From Desulfobacterales bacterium (GTDB lineage: Bacteria; Desulfobacterota; Desulfobacteria; Desulfobacterales; UBA11574): DNA of 36,402 nt. This document shows, piece by piece, positions 8,857-18,252 of the stretch (its first letter is position 1; the number at the start of each line of letters is the position of its first letter). Made by a program: the position numbers and the translations under genes. The notes beneath the pieces are model-generated. The model did no database searches, had not been told where the DNA came from, and worked only from the letters and a program-made list of their open reading frames with translations. Location: the NCBI GenBank assembly GCA_050123915.1, contig JASFGF010000001.1, forward strand, positions 1 through 36,402, read 5' to 3'.

Positions 8857-9621
8857 TTAATATCGCTTTATTCTCCGGGCCGCCTTTTCCGCTTCCTTGG
8901 CCATGGCAGTATCGGGAGCGAGTTCGATGACTTTATGATAGGCATCAAGGGCTTTTTCATAGTCGTGTGATATTACATAAACCCTTGCGAGGTCGTCATA
9001 CAATAGGGCCACTTTCGGATAATTCTTAACCGCTCTTTCAAGAATCTCCACAGCTTCATCAATCCTTCCCATGGCAATATACGTAAGGCCGAGACCTCGT
9101 TGCGCATTGATAAATTCCGGTTCTAAATCAAGGGCCTTAAGATAGTATGTTTCAGCAAGAGTATACTCTTTTTTATTGTAGTAAGCCCATCCCAAATTTG
9201 ACATCGCTAATTGGGGTGTCGCATAGAGCATGTTTTCCGACACCTCTTTGAAATATTTAATGGCAGTATCCCATTCTTTTTTATCAAGATAAACAGTGCC
9301 CAAATTATTTTTTGCAGGTGCGTAATCCGGTTTAATGTCTAAGGCCTTTTGAAAATGTTGGGCGGCAAGATCCAGCTTTTTTTTTGCTTTATAGGTCAAA
9401 CCAAGATCGTTTTGAAGAAAAGCATCGTCCGGATAAAGGGCTTCAGCTTTCAATAATTCCCTTAATGCCGAAGTATAATCCCCTTGTTTATAATATACTT
9501 CTCCAAGGTTTCTTAATGCCTCTCCCTTTTGTTTTTGCAGGTCCATATTTGCTGTTGCACACGAAACAACATAAAGCGCCACTATCACTAATATTGTCCA
9601 ACTTAATCTATGTCTACACAT
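8857..9621 (-). CDS. TPR-repeat lipoprotein, PilW/PilF/Tgl-like (candidate secretin pilotin)
   Basis: Lipobox VVSC after a signal peptide. The rest is TPR repeats (ALRNLGEVYYKQGDYTSAL, NNLGTVYLDKKEWDTAIKYF and others). It is convergent with pilQ, 22 bp away. Confidence 0.65.
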   Translation of the reverse strand: MCRHRLSWTILVIVALYVVSCATANMDLQKQKGEALRNLGEVYYKQGDYTSALRELLKAEALYPDDAFLQNDLGLTYKAKKKLDLAAQHFQKALDIKPDYAPAKNNLGTVYLDKKEWDTAIKYFKEVSENMLYATPQLAMSNLGWAYYNKKEYTLAETYYLKALDLEPEFINAQRGLGLTYIAMGRIDEAVEILERAVKNYPKVALLYDDLARVYVISHDYEKALDAYHKVIELAPDTAMAKEAEKAARRIKRY

Positions 9622-11407
9622 TTTTTTTACCCTGAAGGTTGATTCGGATGATACTTATATCATTTTCTGCTAAAAAATGAATGACCTGATAATGCAGCGG
9701 AACACGTGTTAAAAGGACTCCGGCCATGTCTGCACGGTCTATTAAAAAACCCGGAATGGTCAGCCGGGTGTTATGCTCGGCAGGTCTTTTGGCAGCCAGA
9801 AAAGTCGGATTATTTATAAAAGACAGCTTCATCGCTCCGAGAAGCTTTTGAGTGATATCATCCAGGCTGTCACTGTCTTTTACCTGTATGATAGAATAAC
9901 CGCTTTTCTCGATGGATTGAATCGCATCGCCATAAAAATTTCCAAAGTCAATATAAAATCTATTATCGATACCTTTGGCGGCAAGGTTTGACGTCGCATC
10001 AATCTGAATGCCGGCATACTGAAATGAAATATTTGTGTTGGGAGAATATCGATATCCCATGGAAATTAGCAAATTTTTCACAAACGTCTCATGATCAGAA
10101 GCGGCGATGATGTCCAGGTTCTTGTCTGAGATATTGAAGCGGGACACATCCGATTTCGGCTCCTTAATATTTTTACCGACGAGGATCTCTTTGAGGATAA
10201 TATTATTTTGGTCCAGATAGCGAATGATTGACTGCGGTGTGCGCTCTTTTAAATCATGGATAACCGTTATACAAAGATAGCGTATGGCTTCACCGTGCTT
10301 ACGGGGTTTTTCGATGATCCATTTTCCTTGAACGTCAACGTCTACACCATGATCCGAAAATGACAAACGGTGTTTTATGGCAGCTACTTCAAGGCTTCCA
10401 AAAACGGTATCAAAAACTGTTTCCATGGAATCGTCCGGAGTAACGTTTACAATAACCACATCTTTCCAGAAAGATTTAATCATCTTAATATCAGCGTCCT
10501 GATTTTCATCTCCCGAGGTAAAAAAGACTCGTTTTTCATCTTCAAGCTTTATAAAAGGGGTCTGTGAAAGATCGACTTTATAATCTTTTTGTCCAGGCCT
10601 GGGAAGGTAGTAGTACCCTTTATTAAAGAGCTTGGCATCTAATATTGAAGCAACTTTCGACAGCGAAGAATCTGACAGCTCCTTTCCGTTATTTACACCC
10701 GAAGACAACGGTATTTTCTCATCAAACGCCACGGAGCTGTCAAGACGATCCCTCCTTTCCGGAGTCTTTTGAATGGCCGCAGTGTCAGTCGGAGGCTGGG
10801 ACGGTGACTGGTTTTGATTTTTCGGATCCGGCAAGCGGATCATCTGCCCTGCATAAATGAGATTCAGGTTTTCAATCTGCGGATTCATCAACCGGAACAA
10901 TTTTTCGCCTTCTTGATATGATGGCGTGCCGTAACTTCCATATTTTTGAGAAATAAGAATGGATACGCAATCTCCTTTCTTGACGCGATAGTCTGTAGAA
11001 TCTTTTGTTGCATCGTCAGGTAAGGTGGCATTGGTTAAATATGGAATGGTAACGATATCTGAAGATTGTTCGGGCAGCTCATCTTGGTCGACTTTCTTTA
11101 AAGGAATAATGATATGCTGTCCGGGACGAATCCTGTCTATGTCATGGATGTGCGGATTTAATCGTTTGAATATCCTCAAAAATTCCGGAAAATCTGTGTT
11201 TGAAATTTCCCCCTTTTGTCGAAAAAGTTTTAATACCCAATCATCTTTTTGGACAACGTATGGATCACATAATATGTTCCAGCCCCTGTCGTAGCGAATC
11301 ACGTAACTTTTATAAAAAAACGCCGCATACGCATAAGAAAAGGTCATCATACAGATGATCGTGATGATCACAAAAATGGTTGCTGAACGTATTTCTTTTA
11401 TTTTCAT
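9614..11407 (-). CDS. membrane-anchored protein with two LysM domains, a Pro/Gln-rich linker and an uncharacterised C-terminal region of about 350 aa
   Basis: N-terminal TM segment. LysM 1 is YVVQKDDWVLKLF...LNPHIHDIDRIRPGQHIIIPL. LysM 2 is YRVKKGDCVSILI...MNPQIENLNLIYAGQMIRLP. The start overlaps the thrC stop and the stop overlaps the TPR gene start. Confidence 0.75.
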   Translation of the reverse strand: MKIKEIRSATIFVIITIICMMTFSYAYAAFFYKSYVIRYDRGWNILCDPYVVQKDDWVLKLFRQKGEISNTDFPEFLRIFKRLNPHIHDIDRIRPGQHIIIPLKKVDQDELPEQSSDIVTIPYLTNATLPDDATKDSTDYRVKKGDCVSILISQKYGSYGTPSYQEGEKLFRLMNPQIENLNLIYAGQMIRLPDPKNQNQSPSQPPTDTAAIQKTPERRDRLDSSVAFDEKIPLSSGVNNGKELSDSSLSKVASILDAKLFNKGYYYLPRPGQKDYKVDLSQTPFIKLEDEKRVFFTSGDENQDADIKMIKSFWKDVVIVNVTPDDSMETVFDTVFGSLEVAAIKHRLSFSDHGVDVDVQGKWIIEKPRKHGEAIRYLCITVIHDLKERTPQSIIRYLDQNNIILKEILVGKNIKEPKSDVSRFNISDKNLDIIAASDHETFVKNLLISMGYRYSPNTNISFQYAGIQIDATSNLAAKGIDNRFYIDFGNFYGDAIQSIEKSGYSIIQVKDSDSLDDITQKLLGAMKLSFINNPTFLAAKRPAEHNTRLTIPGFLIDRADMAGVLLTRVPLHYQVIHFLAENDISIIRINLQGKKNV

Positions 11408-12915
11408 GCCTTAGGAACCTTTTTGAGACGCAAACGTTTTGCGATCTCTTTTGATGTTTGTTCCACAAACTGATGAAAATCATCGCCGTGTAATGGTTTC
11501 CCCGGGGCGGGGACTTTGTCCAGACCCTCTGGATGAATATAAACGGGTGCATTGACCAGTGCCGGATTTGAAGATATTTTAAATTCTGCCGGTAGGCTTT
11601 TTGCAAAATACTTCTCCTGAAAACCCGAAAACTTGATGGCATGAGCTGTTGAGTCGACGATAGCGATGTCGTCTTCCCCAACGATTCCCAGCCTTCGGGC
11701 CTCAACCAATCCAGCAAGAGATTCGCCGCCGTGTGTACACGCGATATGTCCGTTTCTGTTGGCCAAAAGTTCCCAATCCATGATAGACTGTTCGGTGACC
11801 TCAACAAAAAAAACATTCTGCTTCTCTGACATGCGGTTATACACATCAACCAGATGAATCACCCTTGGCATTGAAACAGGATTACCGATCATCGCCGCTT
11901 GAGCAACGCTGGGTTTGACGATGACCGGCTCAAATTTGCGTTTTGCTGCATCCGGTTCAAGATAATACCGATATACCGGATTGGCATGTTCGGATTGAAC
12001 GCCTGTGATTTTTGGTAAAGAAGTGATGATTCCGGTTTCATAAAACTTCAAGAACCCGCTCATCACAGCGGTAATGTTGCCGGCGTTGCCGATGGGTACA
12101 ACAACCACCCGATTTTCCATGTCGTATTCAAACGCCTGTGCAATCTCATATGAATAAGACTCCTGTCCAAGTATTCGCCACGCATTTTTAGAATTGAGTA
12201 AAGCAACATTATAGTTTTCAGAGAGCGCTTCAACGACCTTCATACAATCGTCAAACACACCTGGAATTTCAAATACGGCAGCACCACTGCCCAAGGGCTG
12301 AGCCAGCTGTTGAGGGGTTACTTTCTTGTGGGGAAGAAGAACAGCCGATTTAACATCCGGTTGAATAAAGGATGCATATAACGCAGCAGAAGCAGAAGTA
12401 TCACCGGTAGAGGCACATATGGCCAAAACATCTGAAACATATCCTTTTCGAACCAAACAGTTGATATAGCTCAAAGCACTGGCCATACCCCGATCCTTAA
12501 ATGACGCACTGGGGTTTTGGCCGTCATTTTTAAAGTAGAATTTAACGCCGGCTTTCTTTTGCAAAAAGTTGTTGGCTTCAATAACAGGGGTATGACCCTC
12601 TCCCAAAAAGATAACCGTATCCAGCGGAATCATCGGCCCGATGAATTCGTGAAAAAGATATATCCCCTTGAGTGCAGGAATGGTGAGCATTTTACGATAA
12701 TCAAATATCTTTCGCCAAATGTTTCCCGGAATTTTTTTTAAACTTTCAAATTTCAGATCATAAATCAGAAGTACTTGCTTGCAATCCGGACAGGTATAAA
12801 GCAACGTTTCAATACCATACTGTTGGCCGCATCCTAAACATCGATAAATCAATTCGCCATCATGGTTTGGAAGTATGAAAGGTTTTATTTCCTGCGGAAA
12901 GTCTTCGGGCTTCAC
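11404..12915 (-). CDS. thrC: threonine synthase (long form with N-terminal CxxC...CxxC zinc-ribbon)
   Basis: PLP-lysine motif [10 protein letters not shown], a PLP-fold Gly-rich loop ([11 protein letters not shown]), and an N-terminal YRCLGCG...YTCPDCK. Confidence 0.85.
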   Translation of the reverse strand: MKPEDFPQEIKPFILPNHDGELIYRCLGCGQQYGIETLLYTCPDCKQVLLIYDLKFESLKKIPGNIWRKIFDYRKMLTIPALKGIYLFHEFIGPMIPLDTVIFLGEGHTPVIEANNFLQKKAGVKFYFKNDGQNPSASFKDRGMASALSYINCLVRKGYVSDVLAICASTGDTSASAALYASFIQPDVKSAVLLPHKKVTPQQLAQPLGSGAAVFEIPGVFDDCMKVVEALSENYNVALLNSKNAWRILGQESYSYEIAQAFEYDMENRVVVVPIGNAGNITAVMSGFLKFYETGIITSLPKITGVQSEHANPVYRYYLEPDAAKRKFEPVIVKPSVAQAAMIGNPVSMPRVIHLVDVYNRMSEKQNVFFVEVTEQSIMDWELLANRNGHIACTHGGESLAGLVEARRLGIVGEDDIAIVDSTAHAIKFSGFQEKYFAKSLPAEFKISSNPALVNAPVYIHPEGLDKVPAPGKPLHGDDFHQFVEQTSKEIAKRLRLKKVPKA

Positions 12916-14186
12916 TTTTCTATTTTCTCCATTCCCCCCATGTATGGTCTCAAGACCTCGGGAATGAGCACAGACCCGTCTGCCTGCTGGAAATTTTCGA
13001 GCAAAGCAGCCACGGTTCGTCCAACAGCAAGACCGGATCCGTTCAGCGTATGAACAAGTTCAGTCCCTTTTTTTCCTTTTCTCTTAAATCGTATATTGGC
13101 ACGTCTGGCCTGAAAACTCTCAAAATTACTGCATGACGAAATCTCTCTATAAACACCTTGTGCAGGCATCCACACTTCAATATCATAGGTTTTTGCCGCG
13201 GAAAAGCCAAGGTCTCCGGTACATAGATTGATCACTTGATACGGAATTTCGAGATAATTTAAAATGGCTTCTGCATTATTTAAAAGGGTCTCGAGCTCAT
13301 CATAAGACGTCTCCGGCTTGGCAAATTTAACCAATTCAACCTTGTTAAACTGGTGCTGTCGAATAAGGCCCCTGGTGTCCTTTCCATAAGAACCTGCCTC
13401 CGAACGAAAGCAAGGGGTATAGGCTGTATAGAGAATCGGAAGGTCGTCTTCATCCAGAACTTCGCCTTTGTGGATATTGGTCACCGGAACCTCGGCAGTG
13501 GGCACCAAAAAATAATCCCATCCTTGAAGCTTAAAAAGGTCTTCCTCAAATTTAGGCAACTGTCCGGTGCCGGTCATGCTGTCTCTATTTACAATAAAAG
13601 GGGGCAATATTTCTTTATAACCATGCTTCGTCGTATGAACGTCAAGCATAAAATTGATGAGTGCTCTTTCCAGCCGGGCACCAGGCCCTAAATAGAGAGG
13701 AAAGCGAGCACCGGTGATTTTGGATGCGGATTCAAAATCAAAGATCTTAAGATTTTCACCTAAAATCCAGTGCGGCTGTGGTTCAAAATCAAAATTAGGC
13801 ACATCACCCGCCTTGTTAATAACCGGGTTTTCGGAACTATCTTTGCCTATGGGCACTGAAGGATGCGGTAAATTCGGTATCCTGAAAAGAATATGGTTTA
13901 TCTTATCTTCATTTTCGGATAAATCTTGATCCAGCACCTTGATCCTGTCGGCAACCTGACGCATCTCGGCCACAAGATCATCCGCGTCTTCTTTGTTTCT
14001 CTTCATGGCTGCAATCTGTTCGGATACAACATTTCTACGATGCCTTAAGTCCTCTATCTCAAACAAAAGGGATTTTCGTTGGGAATCACAATGGTTAAAG
14101 CTTTCCAGATCTGCTGTTTCACCTCTGTTTTTAAGTGATGTTTCAATTTGTTTAAGGTTTTGTCTTACAAATTTAATTTCTAGCAT
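12912..14186 (-). CDS. serS: seryl-tRNA synthetase
   Basis: N-terminal coiled-coil arm. Class II motif 2 is [29 protein letters not shown] and motif 3 is [17 protein letters not shown] prefer the ATG at 14186 ([15 protein letters not shown] 8 nt upstream) over the track start at 14198. Confidence 0.95.
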   Translation of the reverse strand: MLEIKFVRQNLKQIETSLKNRGETADLESFNHCDSQRKSLLFEIEDLRHRRNVVSEQIAAMKRNKEDADDLVAEMRQVADRIKVLDQDLSENEDKINHILFRIPNLPHPSVPIGKDSSENPVINKAGDVPNFDFEPQPHWILGENLKIFDFESASKITGARFPLYLGPGARLERALINFMLDVHTTKHGYKEILPPFIVNRDSMTGTGQLPKFEEDLFKLQGWDYFLVPTAEVPVTNIHKGEVLDEDDLPILYTAYTPCFRSEAGSYGKDTRGLIRQHQFNKVELVKFAKPETSYDELETLLNNAEAILNYLEIPYQVINLCTGDLGFSAAKTYDIEVWMPAQGVYREISSCSNFESFQARRANIRFKRKGKKGTELVHTLNGSGLAVGRTVAALLENFQQADGSVLIPEVLRPYMGGMEKIEK

Positions 14187-14430
14187 AACAATCCCCACAT
14201 TCCTCTAATATCCAATTGGCTCGGATGACCACCGGCCCTTGACGGCGACACTTTTCTCTCACTTTTATCTGATTTCCAAACTTCAAATTGCAGTCTTTCA
14301 CGTTCAAAAAAGGTTTTTGATTCGTATCATGAGCATGTTATATAGTCAATGATTATTGCGAGTTGACATTGTTCCTTAATTTTGTATATTATAAAATAAT
14401 TTCAAAATATTCGCGTGGGAGAGAATTTCT

Positions 14431-15018
14431 ATGGAGGAAATCCGACAAACAAAAGATGACATTCGTCGTAATATTGAAAAAGCACTGGCCTCACTTTCTA
14501 ACAAAGAGATTAAAGATAAAACTCAAAGAATAGAAAAACGGCTCTTTGAATTTGCCAATTTTCTGGAAGCCAACATTGTTTTGCTTTACATTAACAGCAA
14601 CTGTGAAGTGAACAGTCTGGAGATCATAAAAAGATGTTTAAACTACAAAAAAATAGTCATTCTTCCTGCTTTTGTTACAACGAAATATGAAATGAAATTG
14701 TTGAAAATCGATAACCTTGATACAGACTTGACCATCGGACCCAGAAATATATTAGAGCCGGATCCAAATCAATGTAACGTTGTACCCATTGAGTGCATCG
14801 ACATTGCCATCATTCCCGGTGTTGCTTTCGACGAAAAGGGTGGAAGGATAGGATCCGGTGATGGATACTATGACCGGCTTATTCCAAAACTGCCGATTAC
14901 CACAAGAAAGGTTGCTCTGACATTTGAAGACCAGATCGTTTCTCAAATACAAATGGAAGCCCATGATAGGCATGTGGATATCATTATTACAGAAAAACGA
15001 ATCATATATAAAATATAG
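14431..15018 (+). CDS. 5-formyltetrahydrofolate cyclo-ligase
   Basis: Conserved C-terminal motif IIPGVAFDEKGGRIGSGDGYYDR; length 195 aa. Confidence 0.85.
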   Translation: MEEIRQTKDDIRRNIEKALASLSNKEIKDKTQRIEKRLFEFANFLEANIVLLYINSNCEVNSLEIIKRCLNYKKIVILPAFVTTKYEMKLLKIDNLDTDLTIGPRNILEPDPNQCNVVPIECIDIAIIPGVAFDEKGGRIGSGDGYYDRLIPKLPITTRKVALTFEDQIVSQIQMEAHDRHVDIIITEKRIIYKI

Positions 15019-15113
15019 ACATGGCTTTTTTTGTGGTTAGCCATTGCGTCCATATGGTTTTTTCTTTGAAATTGATTCCAGGCTTTTCCGCGGCATAGGC
15101 ATTGCTAAAAATA

Positions 15114-15217
15114 GAATCCATCTCAAAATAATCTTTTGGCCTAACCCGCCAGAGGCGGACAAGCCTTGGCGTTGAAGCCTTGATTTTGAACCAAAATCTT
15201 TATTTTGAAATGGATTC
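15114..15217. repeat. inverted-repeat hairpin element, copy A of the intergenic repeat family
   Basis: Left arm gaatccatctcaaaataatcttttgg (15114-15139). The reverse complement of the right arm (15191-15217) is gaatccatttcaaaataaagattttgg. Pairing is 18 positions (17 paired, 1 mismatch), an internal loop, then 6 bp. It lies between two convergent genes. Its reverse complement shares catNtcaaaataaagattttggttcaa with copy B. Confidence 0.75.
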
Positions 15218-15254
15218 AAATAGATGTGAAACTTGAGTGATAACCATCAAACCC

Positions 15255-16262
15255 TTATCTGACGAATGGATTCAATATTTTTTCCAGCTTCTTAAGATTC
15301 TCTTCTTCCCCTACAGCAATAACGGTATCACCGCTTTCGATAACTGCCTCAAAAGACGGGTTAAACAGCATACTGTCGTCTGATTTTTTTATGGCAATGA
15401 TAATCAAATTAAACCGCTGTCGGATACCTGAATCTTTAAGCATAACGTTGACAAGTTCCGAAGAAGGGCTCACCGGTATCTCTTCCATTTGAATATCTTT
15501 ACGTTTTTGAGCAAAAGCAAGATTCAAGAAATTTGTCACTGTTGGACGGATGATCCGCTGGGCCATACTCACAGCACCCATATCATAGGGCAATTCCACC
15601 CGGTTGGCACCGGCAGCGATGAGTTTGGGTTTTGACTCGTTGTGAGATGCATTTGCCATAATATAAATATCAGGGTTAAGCTGCCTGGCGGTCAACACCA
15701 GGAACACATTATCCGTATCCGTAGCCAGAACGGCTATTAAACCCTTAGCATGCCGAATTCCAGCTTTAATCAGATTGGCTTCATCCCCGGCGTCGCCCGA
15801 TATATAGAAAATTTTATTCTCAACCATGACCGGTATGAGGTCTTTATCTTTCTCAATAACAACCAGATCAACCGCCTTTCTTTTTAGCATGGTACAGAGG
15901 GTTTTTCCGATACGCCCATACCCACAAACAATATAATGATTTTTCAATCGATCAATCTTTTTATCCAAGCTTCTCCTCCCTAATATGGTTCTGATTTGGC
16001 CTTCGACCATAAACTGTACGACGGCGCCGGCAATATACAAAAAATAGACCACGCCGATGATGATAAAGAAAATCGTAAATATCCGCCCCAAAGTGCTTAA
16101 TTCGTGCACCTCACTGTACCCTACGGTGGTGAGCGTTGTAACCGCCATATACAGGGCATCTAAAAAATCCCAATCTTCGATGCTCATATATCCACTAACA
16201 CCAAGCAATATAACGAGGATCATTAGTAAAATACAAAATTTAAGATGTCTAATACTCTTCAT
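15255..16262 (-). CDS. 2-TM potassium-channel family protein with cytoplasmic RCK (TrkA-N / TrkA-C) domains
   Basis: Pore region AVTTLTTVGYSEV, Rossmann motif HYIVCGYGRIGKTL, and a TrkA-C-like C-terminus. Confidence 0.85.
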   Translation of the reverse strand: MKSIRHLKFCILLMILVILLGVSGYMSIEDWDFLDALYMAVTTLTTVGYSEVHELSTLGRIFTIFFIIIGVVYFLYIAGAVVQFMVEGQIRTILGRRSLDKKIDRLKNHYIVCGYGRIGKTLCTMLKRKAVDLVVIEKDKDLIPVMVENKIFYISGDAGDEANLIKAGIRHAKGLIAVLATDTDNVFLVLTARQLNPDIYIMANASHNESKPKLIAAGANRVELPYDMGAVSMAQRIIRPTVTNFLNLAFAQKRKDIQMEEIPVSPSSELVNVMLKDSGIRQRFNLIIIAIKKSDDSMLFNPSFEAVIESGDTVIAVGEEENLKKLEKILNPFVR

Positions 16263-16330
16263 GGGGTTGGCTTATCCGATCCGGTTCAGAAATTATTCAA
16301 CAAGAAAAGAGACCCTGTTACCCCGTTGAA

Positions 16331-16415
16331 CCGAAATTTTAGGTTTTGTTTTGACAAACAGCGAGGAATTCGCTTGATAACTCCGGATAAAGGGTGCAGA
16401 ATATAATTTTTCTGG
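16331..16415. repeat. tentative degenerate member (E) of the hairpin-repeat family
   Basis: The left part, ccgaaattttaggttttgttttgaca, resembles copy D (ccataaatgaggatttttgttcgaga). It has an internal cgagga block. The right end, gcagaatataatttttctgg, resembles copy C (gcagagatt...caatttctgg). The arms pair only weakly. Confidence 0.3.
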
Positions 16416-16547
16416 CTTCTTGTACATTTTGTACCGATTTTTAAAAAACGTTGTGATAGATTATGGTTTATTTTAACAAAAAATCAAGTGCTTTATTCAT
16501 ATTTGATTTCAGACTCTAAATTCTTGACGCAATTCTTCTGATTTGAT

Positions 16548-16678
16548 AGGAAATTTTTGCACCACAATTCAGCTATCAATACAAAAAGGCCTGACAAACA
16601 TAAATACCATACTCAAGTTTCGCACCCAAATATTGCTAAAAAGCCCTTGGAACAGCGGGCCGAAATAAATTTATTCCT
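16548..16678. repeat. tentative degenerate member (F) of the hairpin-repeat family
   Basis: It has a central 11-mer, catactcaagt, identical to copy B. The right part, gcgggccgaaataaatttattcct, resembles the gggccaaaagaatatttt block of B. The left arm is aggaaattttt. Arm pairing is poor. Confidence 0.25.
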
Positions 16679-16708
16679 GTTCGCTTCCTGTGGGAAGGTA
16701 AACTATTT

Positions 16709-16737
16709 TTTTGGTGCACTATCGCACAGCACCAAAA
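16709..16737. other. 9-bp stem / 11-nt loop hairpin in a long non-coding gap
   Basis: ttttggtgc (16709-16717) pairs with gcaccaaaa (16729-16737). The T run lies 5' and the A run 3', so it is not a canonical terminator on either strand. Confidence 0.3.
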
Positions 16738-16952
16738 CACAAAATGACGCCTATTTATAGTATCATATGGATATCTATATGTTATACCCCCTTTGTACTT
16801 TTTAGGATTCCATATGGCTTTTTGGGTTTAACCACCACATCCAATCGATTTTACACATTTTTTTTCGGACCGAAGAGCTGTGTTGGTGTTTTTGAACATG
16901 AAGCGTGCGTCGCTTGAGCAGGATAATTGGATAAAAATAAAGGTGTTATATT

Positions 16953-17609
16953 TTGGACGAAAACGCAATAAAATACGAACGGCAGCGCCAAGATATGGTC
17001 AGGCGGCAGATTGAAGCTCGAGGTGTCACCGACCCAAAAGTCCTGGCTGCCATGCAGAAGGTACCTCGGCACCTTTTTGTTAGTGATGCGTTAAGAGATC
17101 AGGCCTATGGTGATTTTCCACTCCCCATTGGAGAACAGCAGACCATCTCACAACCGTATATCGTCGCCGAGATGACTCAAGCACTGCAACCCGGAAAAGA
17201 CGACAGGATTCTTGAAATCGGAACAGGATCAGGATATCAGGCTGCAATTTTAGCCGAGATTGTGTTTCGCGTTTATACCATTGAAAAAATTCACCCACTC
17301 TACACTAAATCTCGAAAGATTTTCGATAAACTTCGTTATCACAACATTGTCACCAAGTATTCTGACGGCACTTCGGGCTGGGAAGACGAAAGCCCCTTTG
17401 ACGGAATTATTGTTACCGCGGGTTCACCCGGCATTCCAAAACCCCTCATCAGCCAGCTTGCTGTAGGTGGCCGTATGGTAATCCCCGTAGGAGATCTGTA
17501 TTCCCAAGAACTCATCAAAATATACAAGGATGAACATGGCATTCGCAAGACGAATTTAGGGGGTTGCAGATTTGTCAAACTTGTGGGTGAATATGGATGG
17601 AGGGTGTAA
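16953..17609 (+). CDS. pcm: protein-L-isoaspartate O-methyltransferase
   Basis: Motifs QTISQPYIVAEMTQAL and the SAM-binding ILEIGTGSGYQAAILA. The TTG start at 16953 has AAGGTG 7 nt upstream. An alternative ATG is at 16995. Confidence 0.9.
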   Translation: MDENAIKYERQRQDMVRRQIEARGVTDPKVLAAMQKVPRHLFVSDALRDQAYGDFPLPIGEQQTISQPYIVAEMTQALQPGKDDRILEIGTGSGYQAAILAEIVFRVYTIEKIHPLYTKSRKIFDKLRYHNIVTKYSDGTSGWEDESPFDGIIVTAGSPGIPKPLISQLAVGGRMVIPVGDLYSQELIKIYKDEHGIRKTNLGGCRFVKLVGEYGWRV

Positions 17610-17612
17610 TCA

Positions 17613-18194
17613 ATGCTTCGTCGCTTATATGACTGGGTTCTTCATTGGGCGGATACACCCTATGGGTCCTGGGCTCTATTTTTGCTGGCCTTTAGCGAAT
17701 CTTCTTTTTTTCCCATACCTCCGGATATTCTCCTTATCGCGCTGGCTGTTGCCATACCCCAAAAATCACTGAAATATGCATTGATTTGCTCAGCAGGATC
17801 CGTTCTTGGAGGATGCTTCGGTTATCTTATCGGATGGCAGTTTATGGCGTCAATCGGTACCCGCATTGTTGATTTTTACGGTCTCACCCCAAGAGTTGAA
17901 TATATTGAAGCTCTTTACAATAAATACGATGCATGGGCCGTCGGAATCGCAGGATTTACGCCCATACCCTACAAGGTCTTTACCATTGCCGCCGGTGCAT
18001 TTAAAATTAATTTTTCTGTATTCGTTGTGGCATCTTTGGTATCTCGATCCGCACGTTTTTTCCTTGTGGGAGGGCTTATTTACATTTTCGGTCCAAGCAT
18101 TCAGTCTTTTATCGATAAATATTTCAACGTTCTTGCGACAGCATTCACGGTACTTTTAATCGCAGGATTTTTAATTGTTAAATATTTATTATAA
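17613..18194 (+). CDS. YqaA / DedA-superfamily (SNARE-associated) integral membrane protein
   Basis: N-terminus WALFLLAFSESSFFPIPPDILLIAL, followed by four to five hydrophobic helices. Confidence 0.7.
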   Translation: MLRRLYDWVLHWADTPYGSWALFLLAFSESSFFPIPPDILLIALAVAIPQKSLKYALICSAGSVLGGCFGYLIGWQFMASIGTRIVDFYGLTPRVEYIEALYNKYDAWAVGIAGFTPIPYKVFTIAAGAFKINFSVFVVASLVSRSARFFLVGGLIYIFGPSIQSFIDKYFNVLATAFTVLLIAGFLIVKYLL

Positions 18195-18252
18195 CTTGAT
18201 TTTAAATTAAACCATCGATAAGAAGCCGAAAGATGCCATTTCCGGATGGAAA

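Noticed and set aside
11310-11849. A 179-aa minus-strand ORF overlapping the thrC / LysM gene junction.
   Set aside because: It is in a different frame of the same strand as two well-supported genes and has no recognisable features.
15037-15219. A 60-aa minus-strand ORF between the cyclo-ligase and the potassium channel genes.
   Set aside because: It lies almost entirely within hairpin-repeat copy A, has no SD, and translates the inverted repeat. It is an artefact of the repeat.
16700-16760. Faint resemblance to a c-di-GMP-I (GEMM-I) riboswitch (cgcacag ... gacgc).
   Set aside because: Only short words match. The GNRA tetraloop and receptor, the GGCAAACC and ACGCAAAGCC cores and the two-helix architecture are missing.
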